From the NCBI GenBank assembly GCA_038851565.1, contig JAWCKV010000010.1, positions 1-24,212 on the forward strand: 24,212 nt of DNA, read 5' to 3'. Under the pieces are notes generated by a model. It made no database searches, was not told where the DNA came from, and saw nothing but the letters and a program-made list of their open reading frames with translations. Shown here piece by piece: positions 17,868 to 24,212 of the stretch (the first letter of the stretch is position 1; each line of letters begins with the position of its first letter). A program made the position numbers and the translations under genes. The stretch is from Candidatus Hadarchaeales archaeon. GTDB lineage: Archaea; Hadarchaeota; Hadarchaeia; Hadarchaeales; Hadarchaeaceae.

Positions 17868-18403
17868 GGCCTCTCGCGCGTGAGGGTGTAGTACGTCACG
17901 TCGCCCTCGTCGTCAACGATTCCCCACATGATCTTTTTTCTAACGCTGTGCGCCAGCCTTACCGCGCGGGCGATCTCCGTCGGGGTCAGAAGTATGCCTT
18001 CCGGGACCGCGTGCACCAGGAACTTTGAGTGCGCGTCGCCCGGCTTCTCGCCCCTCTCGTACACCCTGAAGTGCGCCCCGAACTTCAGCCCGGTCTTCAC
18101 CACGTATCCGCGCGATTTCAGGTCGGAGTAAACTATGTACTTAAGCATGATGTCTCTGTCCACATCGGCGAACATCTCCGAAAGCTCCTTGAAGCTGAGT
18201 TCTCTGCCGTTCTCATCTGCCACCTTCAGCTTCCCCCTGTCGATCAGGTAGAGAGTCTCGACCGGGGCGAGCTGCAGCTTCCCGCCACTGAGCGGCTTGC
18301 CGTAGCAACCGCTCTGGTAGAGCTGGTTTGCCTGGGATTCGTCCCAAACCACTACTTTGCCCTTGTAGAGCTGGGCCCTTGCTGCAGGGATTTCAGCTTC
18401 CAT
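17864..18403 (-). CDS. endA: tRNA-intron endonuclease (single-unit, alpha4 size)
   Basis: 'KTGLKFGAHFRVY', 'HSKFLV', 'RLAHSVRKK' give the Tyr/His/Lys triad; shares CTAG stop overlap with trpS. Confidence 0.95.
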   Translation of the reverse strand: MEAEIPAARAQLYKGKVVVWDESQANQLYQSGCYGKPLSGGKLQLAPVETLYLIDRGKLKVADENGRELSFKELSEMFADVDRDIMLKYIVYSDLKSRGYVVKTGLKFGAHFRVYERGEKPGDAHSKFLVHAVPEGILLTPTEIARAVRLAHSVRKKIMWGIVDDEGDVTYYTLTRERP

Positions 18404-18494
18404 GCCGTCCCAGAGAGGGTATTGCGCATGTGGTTAAGAAGCTAGCGAATGGGCCCCGTGAGGCCGGATGCTCCCGGTGCAGTAGATCCCGGAG

Positions 18495-19019
18495 CTAGGT
18501 CCACGCGAATTCCGGGAATCTGGGTGCGTAGAGAACGAAGTGCACGAAAAGGAATGCAACAAACAGGCACGCGAGCAGAAACATCCTCCGTTTTACAGAC
18601 ATGGTGCCTCTGAGTATTAAAATCCCAGCTCCAAAAACGTACAGTGCGTTACCAATTACATGAAGCGGGATAAGTCCTCCGCGGCCGAGCTTTACCAGGT
18701 AATCAGCGTCAGCAAGGTACGGAATGAGAAAATACGGGAGCAGAATGACCGAAGAAGATGCTGTTCTCAAAATCCACCTATGTCTGTGCTTTCCAGTGAT
18801 ACACCAGAGCCTCAGCCAGATCCAGACTCCCAGCAGGGTAAAAGACCCGTTGATGAGGTGCCCCCATATCGTGAATCCCGGTGGAACGCCAGCACCATAT
18901 GGCTGGAAATTGGCACCTAAAATCAGCGACGTTAATCTGTCCAGAATCATGAAGAAAAAGTACATCGTCAGCACTGCCAGTCCCGCACGTAGCTTCGGAT
19001 CCTCAACCACTTTTTGCAT
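18495..19019 (-). CDS. Hypothetical integral membrane protein (about 5 TM)
   Basis: 174-aa ORF of alternating hydrophobic segments; no family recognised. Confidence 0.7.
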   Translation of the reverse strand: MQKVVEDPKLRAGLAVLTMYFFFMILDRLTSLILGANFQPYGAGVPPGFTIWGHLINGSFTLLGVWIWLRLWCITGKHRHRWILRTASSSVILLPYFLIPYLADADYLVKLGRGGLIPLHVIGNALYVFGAGILILRGTMSVKRRMFLLACLFVAFLFVHFVLYAPRFPEFAWT

Positions 19020-19070
19020 CTGGCGTTCAACTTGAAATGCACTTCATGACACAAAAACCTGTCGCACGGC

Positions 19071-19080
19071 AAATATATAT
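19071..19080. promoter_or_regulatory. Candidate TATA box in divergent intergenic region
   Basis: AAATATATAT between divergent ORFs starting at 19019 (-) and 19123 (+). Confidence 0.5.
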
Positions 19081-19122
19081 GCGAATTTTTGACCAGTTAA
19101 GGTTGGAGATCGTGAGCGGACC

Positions 19123-19758
19123 ATGACATCCGGCCCAAAGGCGGCTAAATCTGATGTTGTCTCCGACTACATGACGGGTCTGGAGCTCATGAAGAGGGCG
19201 CGCCCCAAGGATGCCATTCCCTACCTTGAGAAAGTTCTGAAAGCAAACCCCGGCCACACGGGGGCCAGGGTTCTTCTCGATGATGCAAAGGAATCCCTGA
19301 AGTGGACGCAGAGATACTTCTGCACCCACTGCGGGAGGATGTTTCCCATTGCGGGCGAGCCAAAAGGAAAGGTTAGCGAAGACCTTCAAAAATTCTGCCC
19401 ATGGTGCCACCACAGGACTTCGCTGAGCACGCAGGCGGGGAGGGGAATAAAAGTGGGTACTGGGAGTCTCATCAAAGGGATTGTTTCCGTGCCCCTGGGC
19501 TTCCTCACCATCATCTTGTATTTGATGAGGGATTCCGGCTACGCCATCTTTGGTCTGAGTTACTCTGTGCCCACGATCCTGGGTTTATCGTATCTTGCGT
19601 TTTTCATCGGATGGGCACCCGTGTTGGGCACATACAGGAGGGGCGCGCGGGAGTGGGCAAAGAGGGCATTTTACGCGTTTATCTGCGCTGTTGTCTGGAC
19701 AGCTATCTTGCCGTATATATGTGAAATTTTGACAGCTATCGGCGGGGGCACGCAATGA
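19123..19758 (+). CDS. TPR + zinc-ribbon + 3-TM membrane protein
   Basis: TPR-like 'GLELMK...DAIPYLEKVLKANPGHTGA'; CTHC...CPWC; three C-terminal hydrophobic helices. Confidence 0.75.
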   Translation: MTSGPKAAKSDVVSDYMTGLELMKRARPKDAIPYLEKVLKANPGHTGARVLLDDAKESLKWTQRYFCTHCGRMFPIAGEPKGKVSEDLQKFCPWCHHRTSLSTQAGRGIKVGTGSLIKGIVSVPLGFLTIILYLMRDSGYAIFGLSYSVPTILGLSYLAFFIGWAPVLGTYRRGAREWAKRAFYAFICAVVWTAILPYICEILTAIGGGTQ

Positions 19759-20042
19759 AAAAATGTAAAAAGTGCGGCCGGGAAAATCCGGATGATCTGT
19801 TCTACTGCGCCAGGTGTGGATCGCCCCTGCCGGAAGTCGAGGCCGATGTGAAGAGAAGGACTTCTTCCAAACGTGTCGCGAGGTTTATGGAAATAGTACT
19901 GGCAGCGGTTTCCATCTTTATACTTCTGACCATGTTTTTTTACTCCGGGGGCACCGCTGGACTCTATGTGGTCATAGGTGTGGTGGTCGTGCTGTTGCTT
20001 CTAGCGCTCGTGGCGGGCGCCTGGTATCTATCCCACGATTGA
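19755..20042 (+). CDS. Zinc-ribbon + 2-TM membrane protein
   Basis: 'KKCKKCGRENPDDLFYCARCGSPL' then two TM helices; ATGA overlap with the previous gene. Confidence 0.8.
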   Translation: MKKCKKCGRENPDDLFYCARCGSPLPEVEADVKRRTSSKRVARFMEIVLAAVSIFILLTMFFYSGGTAGLYVVIGVVVVLLLLALVAGAWYLSHD

Positions 20043-20064
20043 GTTATGGTGGAGGACATGGAAA

Positions 20065-20481
20065 ATGCGTTCGGAGATTAAAATCAAAACACGCCGGCGG
20101 GATGCGCTTGAGAAAGCTGAGGAGTACATGAGGGCCGCGGGATACAGAACAAGGATTGAGGGAAACTCGCTCAAGGCGGTTGACGGGAGGGACTACAACG
20201 CGGGAGTGTGTTTCGCGCTGCTGGCGCTGATCCCCGTGCTGGTAGCCATCGTTGTCTTTCTCAACGTGCTCTCAAACCCCATGGCCGTGATGAACATCGA
20301 CGGCATGGCTCTCCCCCTGCTGGTGATTCTATGCGTCTCCTGGGGGCTCTTCCCGGTCTACTGGTTCACCAGAGAAAAAAACACGGTATCCGTGACGGTG
20401 ATGCATGAAAATGCCGTGATCAATTTCAGAGGAAAGAAAGGGGCATCCGCCGGAGCTGCGCTGAAGGAAATGCTGGAGTAA
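20065..20481 (+). CDS. Hypothetical 2-TM membrane protein
   Basis: RBS GGAGG upstream; hydrophobic hairpin inserted between soluble N- and C-terminal segments. Confidence 0.7.
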   Translation: MRSEIKIKTRRRDALEKAEEYMRAAGYRTRIEGNSLKAVDGRDYNAGVCFALLALIPVLVAIVVFLNVLSNPMAVMNIDGMALPLLVILCVSWGLFPVYWFTREKNTVSVTVMHENAVINFRGKKGASAGAALKEMLE

Positions 20482-20529
20482 GAAGTAAAACAACCTGTTC
20501 TGCATTTTAATTTTCGATCTTCCAAGAAC

Positions 20530-21456
20530 TCAAAGTAACCCGAGCACCAGGACGTAAGTTAGGAACAGGACTATCGCAAACACAGGTAAAAGGTTCTGCA
20601 TCCTCGTCTCAAACTCCTCCGCCTTCCCAACCTTTCCCGCCTCAACCAGTCTCATCGCCTGAACCGACACCATGAGGTTGTACAGGAAGAGGGTGTACAC
20701 GACCAGCATTATCCTGTCGAAGAGCGTCAGGTAGCCGAGGGACGGCAGGCCGCTCATCGCCGCGAGGTGGTAGGCGACGGCGGACATCAGGGTCGTGACG
20801 CATATTCCCACTCGCTGCCCGAAGTTCTTCACCGATATTGCAAAGGACAGGAGTGAGATCAGCGTAATTATTATGATTGGGAAGAACACCTTGAACAGAG
20901 CGGAGACCTTTGAGCGGTAAACCGTGACGCCGAATACGAACTTTGAATAGTTTTCGTCGGGATAGACGTGATCATCCACCCTCAGTACAAAGTCCTTAAC
21001 ATCCCATCCTGGAACGCTCAGGTCCGGGTTCACACCGCTTTCCTCAAGGTCTGGCTCGAAAACAAGCTCACCAGCGCCGAGCCGTTTATCCTCCAGCTCC
21101 ACGGCAAGGATGTGCTCGTCGAAGGGAAAATCCCTGAAGTTGAGCGATCCGACATAGACGCCTCTAACGCGGTACTCTAGGTAGTTCTCGGAACCACGCA
21201 CCTCCTCAGTTATAAGGGTCATTGTCGGTGAACCTTTCAGAAACTCAATGTCCGGCCTCACGTCAGCGTATTTGAACCATATGTAGAAATCTATGGTGAA
21301 GGTCTGGGAGGGGACGTCGACCTTTTCAATGTTGTTTATCCAGACACCGACCCTTACCTTGGATGGCTCCTCCTGCGCTGACGCTGGTTCCGCCGAGAGA
21401 CCAAAGCAGACTGCTAGCATCAGGACCGTTGCCAGAACGACAATTATCTTTTTCAT
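20530..21456 (-). CDS. Pentameric ligand-gated ion channel (Pro-loop receptor, GLIC/ELIC-like)
   Basis: Signal peptide 'MKKIIVV...ASA'; 'FTIDFYIWF', Pro-loop 'FRDFPFD', 'PGW', pre-M1 Arg, M1 Pro, M2-M3 'LPSLGYLTLFD', four TM helices. Alternative start ATG 21471. Confidence 0.9.
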   Translation of the reverse strand: MKKIIVVLATVLMLAVCFGLSAEPASAQEEPSKVRVGVWINNIEKVDVPSQTFTIDFYIWFKYADVRPDIEFLKGSPTMTLITEEVRGSENYLEYRVRGVYVGSLNFRDFPFDEHILAVELEDKRLGAGELVFEPDLEESGVNPDLSVPGWDVKDFVLRVDDHVYPDENYSKFVFGVTVYRSKVSALFKVFFPIIIITLISLLSFAISVKNFGQRVGICVTTLMSAVAYHLAAMSGLPSLGYLTLFDRIMLVVYTLFLYNLMVSVQAMRLVEAGKVGKAEEFETRMQNLLPVFAIVLFLTYVLVLGLL

Positions 21457-21495
21457 GGTATCAAAAACCATCTGCCGTCATATTTTTTTGCTTTT

Positions 21496-21573
21496 TGGTG
21501 GGGTCGCCGAGATTTGAACTCGGGTCACCGGCTCCCAAAGCCGGCAGGATGGACCAGTCTACCCCACGACCCC
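21496..21573 (-). tRNA. tRNA-Pro(UGG), intronless, CCA encoded
   Basis: GGGGTCG...CGACCCC-ACCA acceptor stem; anticodon arm CCGGC-TTTGGGA-GCCGG; T arm CCGAG-TTCAAAT-CTCGG. Confidence 0.97.
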
Positions 21574-21598
21574 ACCGCTATCACTTCACGCTGAAAAC

Positions 21599-21605
21599 TA
21601 ATAAA
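21599..21605 (-). promoter_or_regulatory. Candidate TATA box of tRNA-Pro
   Basis: TTTATTA about 25 nt upstream of the mature tRNA 5' end. Confidence 0.5.
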
Positions 21606-21632
21606 TCAGAAAATCATACGCCGGCATCCGGT

Positions 21633-21950
21633 TTAGAACCAGGGAAACCTCACTATTTTTATCAGGTGATTGTTCCTTCCTATTTCCTCAAAGCCGTGCC
21701 TTTCATACCAGGAAAGTCGGTCGGCAAAGACATCCGCCACGATGTGCATGCTGCCGAAGTCGGAGATTATCCTGCTCAGGAGCTCGGTGCCTATGCCCTT
21801 ACCCCTCTGGCTGGAGCTGACGTTAATGTCCTTCAGGTAGGCGTAACCGTCCCGCCTGATGACGACAGCGCTCGCCACGATAGAGCAACCGTAGTGATCC
21901 CAGCACTCATATCGCTGGGACTCATCCGTTGCGTACGTTTCTATCTGCAT
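21633..21950 (-). CDS. Minimal GNAT-family N-acetyltransferase
   Basis: Motif A 'INVSSSQRGKGIGTELL' and 'WYERHGF'. Confidence 0.88.
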   Translation of the reverse strand: MQIETYATDESQRYECWDHYGCSIVASAVVIRRDGYAYLKDINVSSSQRGKGIGTELLSRIISDFGSMHIVADVFADRLSWYERHGFEEIGRNNHLIKIVRFPWF

Positions 21951-21976
21951 GTTAATCGCAGAACTCTGATTTCAAC

Positions 21977-21992
21977 ATATAAAAGGGTTTTC
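21977..21992 (-). promoter_or_regulatory. BRE/TATA promoter of the GNAT gene (probably leaderless)
   Basis: GAAAACCC-TTTTATAT ending 26 nt before ATG 21950; no RBS. Confidence 0.7.
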
Positions 21993-22084
21993 AGCTGGCG
22001 TTATCCCATCATGATATGGATGCAAGCACTGGCACTGACTAATCGCAAGAAATGTTCATCAGAAGATACGGGAAACAGGTAGGG

Positions 22085-22207
22085 TTAGACTCTATCCTTC
22101 TCGGTTTTCATGACCTTCTTTCTGTGGCGGAGCGATACAAAGGTATAACCGAGAACCGCTATGGACAGCGCCCCGACGCTGAGTTCTACTACCATATCCC
22201 AGCCCAT
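22085..22207 (-). CDS. 40-aa single-TM small protein (not in ORF track)
   Basis: MGWDMVVELSVGALSIAVLGYTFVSLRHRKKVMKTEKDRV*; TTTTATA at 22234-22240; AAGGAGG just upstream. Confidence 0.6.
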   Translation of the reverse strand: MGWDMVVELSVGALSIAVLGYTFVSLRHRKKVMKTEKDRV

Positions 22208-23193
22208 CCTCCTTTTTCACTTTTTTCTCACGCTATAAAAGTGTATGGGTGTTGAGTTGATTCGCCTCTCCTATTTCCTCCTCAGCACTACGAATAGAAG
22301 GGTCAACAGCAACATTGCTATGACTACCGATCCTCCAAGGGCAACGGTGTCCACCCCGGCTCCAGTCGGTGTGGGAGTTCGAACGCTGAGCCCGTCCCTT
22401 ACGTCGAAGGCTCCTCCCGTTATTAGAATTTCATGTGACCCCACCACGTCAGTCAGGTTGTATGAGATTGTTCTTGTCTCTCCGGCCGCTAGCGTGACAT
22501 TCCACGTCGCAACCGGGAGTCCGTCCATGAACATCTCAATGGTTCCGGATCCTTCCACCTGACCAAAGTTCAGGACATCAAATGTTATCGTGATCACGTC
22601 TCCTGGGGCCGCCGGTCTTGGAGTTATCGTGAGAGAGAATATCGTGAAGGCGGCGGCTGGGGCTGGCGGAGCGTACGATGGCGGACGGAATGTCGGGACT
22701 GCGGGTGCGGCCGTCGGTGTCGGTAGTGTGCTTCCAGAGATTGAGAAGAACGAGAATCCCGGTAAGCTGACCGAGAAGTATGAGTACGTTGCATCCTCTC
22801 CGACCTTCGCGGCCGGGTAGGAGGTCCAAGTGCCGCTGCCGCTGTCCCAGCGGTTGAGCGTCATTGTCCCCTCGTCGATGCCGTTCGCGGATATCCAGGT
22901 CTTTGAAACCTTGAAGGTGAGTACTATGTTGCTGACCATCGCGCTGTTGAAGTTTACCAGCTCCACCGCAAAGTAGCCGTACGGGTTGTTCGGGGGACCT
23001 ATTGAGATCGAGCCGGGCTGCCCCACAAGGTCCTTCACAACCACCTGTGCGTTCGATATGCCTGCAGCCGCGGAGAACGTTATGTTATCCACCATGAGGT
23101 TACTGAATGAAAGGTGAACGTTATCTCCCGCGTTTACCGATGATATTGCCCGGTTCTCCCAGCCTGACACGGTATCGGAGTTCTCTATCATAA

Positions 23194-23847
23194 TCCAGTT
23201 CGCGGTGGCGGTCTTCGGGGAGTCCATTGTGATCGGGTTTGAAGGTGACGTTATTCCCGATGCATCATCGCTCCAGCCTGTGAACAGGTGCTGGGTTCCA
23301 TCCGGATCGGTGACAACCAGAGGATCAACCTCTGCCTGGGTGACTGTGCCGTCATCATACCAACCCTCTCCGCTTGTGGTGCCATATGGGGACGTGACAG
23401 TTAGATAGTGCTGTGTCTGGTAAGTCGCTGTGATAGTGGTCGGGGATGTTATGGTAGCAGGCCTGTCATCCGACTGATAAACGTACCTCGTGCTCCCCTG
23501 TGCATCGACCGCTGGGAAGACTCCGGTGGCAGGCTGGCCGTCGTCGACCCACTCATCTGCCGGTAGTGTGACCAGGGCGTTTGCAGCGTAAGTGACCAAA
23601 TATTGAGTCCTGTACATCGCTGTGATCGTGGTTGGAGATGTTATGGCAGCAGGCCTGTCGTCACTCTGATAAACGTATTTCGTGCTCCCCTGTATTTCGT
23701 CCGATGGAAAGATACCAGTTGCAGATTGGCCTGAGTCAACCCACTCATCAGAGGGGAGGGTTACAGGAGCGTTTGCGTTGTACGTCACCAAATATTGAGT
23801 CTTCCAGTTCGCGGTGGCGGTCTTCGGGGAGTCCATTGTGATCGGGT
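23194..23847. repeat. Perfect 45-bp direct repeat pair (23194-23238 and 23803-23847)
   Basis: tccagttcgcggtggcggtcttcggggagtccattgtgatcgggt twice, encoding PITMDSPKTATANW. Confidence 0.92.
23417..23800 (-). repeat. Two tandem 192-bp (64-aa) intragenic repeats
   Basis: 'TQYLVTYxANAxVTLPxDEWVDxGQxATGxFP...QGSTxYVYQSDDRPAxITSPTTITAxY' at 23609-23800 and 23417-23608. Confidence 0.92.
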
Positions 23848-24212
23848 CACTCTGCGAATAGTCGGTGCCGGATGCGCCACCTGTCCAACCCACAAACACG
23901 AACTGGACTCCGGCGCCTCCCGATCATCGTAAGATCCAGTGGCGCCGGACCAGGAGTCAAAACGGTATCTTGAGTTTCCCGGATCAATGTCCACGTACTG
24001 TGCCGTGGAAACATGAGCGGTGGCACCAGCATCATACCATCCCTCTCCGGTTGGTGAATCTATGCCTGATGGATTCGTCTGGACCGTGAGATGGTACTGG
24101 ATCTTGTAGCTGGCGGTGACAGTTCCGGATGAGTTAGGAACCGTATAATTATGAGCTTGACCACCTCCATCGCTCCAGCTCGTCCAAACATATTGTACGC
24201 CCTCTGAAACGG

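Larger units (their letters stand above)
22271..24212 (-). pseudogene. Large surface protein (InlB-B-like beta repeats, PGF-pre-PGF domain, CARDB-like domain, C-terminal TM anchor) with an out-of-frame junction near 23920-23930; 5' end outside window
   Basis: 24210-23924 reads 'VSEGVQYVWTSWSDGG...QYHLTV...GEGWYDAG...YRFDSWSGATGSYDD'; the downstream part 'SGGAGVQFVFVGW...LPGFSFFSI...LLFVVLRRK' is in another frame and preceded by TGA. Could also be an assembly artefact. Confidence 0.75.

Noticed and set aside
18470..18495. Imperfect hairpin GCTCCCGG...CCGGAGC near the stop of the 18495..19019 ORF
   Set aside because: Bulged, no U tract; not distinguishable from chance in GC-rich DNA.
18404..21573. 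Integrated mobile element at the tRNA-Pro 3' end
   Set aside because: No integrase or transposase and no duplicated tRNA 3' fragment (att) seen by eye in the window; only accessory-like gene content.
21991..22062. Second box C/D-like pattern on - (CUGAUGA ... AUGAUGG-GAUAACGCCAG-CUGA)
   Set aside because: No convincing D' box, C-to-C' spacing too long, no terminal stem, and the D box overlaps the GNAT promoter.
21363..22082. 239-aa plus-strand ORF
   Set aside because: Runs antisense across the tRNA and GNAT gene; no protein-like features.

Overview
Archaeal chromosomal window; the gene set looks euryarchaeal-type, but the lineage cannot be determined from sequence alone. 1-18.4 kb is GC-rich core genome: a partial CBS protein and an HTH regulator, the HMG-CoA synthase/thiolase/DUF35 mevalonate-entry cluster, trmI, secF-secD, a complete A1AO ATP synthase set, trpS and tRNA-intron endonuclease. 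The ATP synthase genes are split into two divergent arms (H-I-K-E-C-F-D on -, A-B on +). atpE appears to start at CTG and atpI possibly at ACG, and the c subunit has a single Na+-type site. A box C/D guide sRNA lies between atpB and trpS; its D guide fits C34 of a typical archaeal tRNA-Leu(CAA). 18.4-24.2 kb is accessory-like: small zinc-ribbon/TPR membrane proteins converging on a pentameric ligand-gated ion channel gene directly behind tRNA-Pro(UGG), a GNAT, a 40-aa membrane sORF, and a repeat-rich PGF-pre-PGF surface protein broken by an out-of-frame junction. All calls are by eye; no searches were run.
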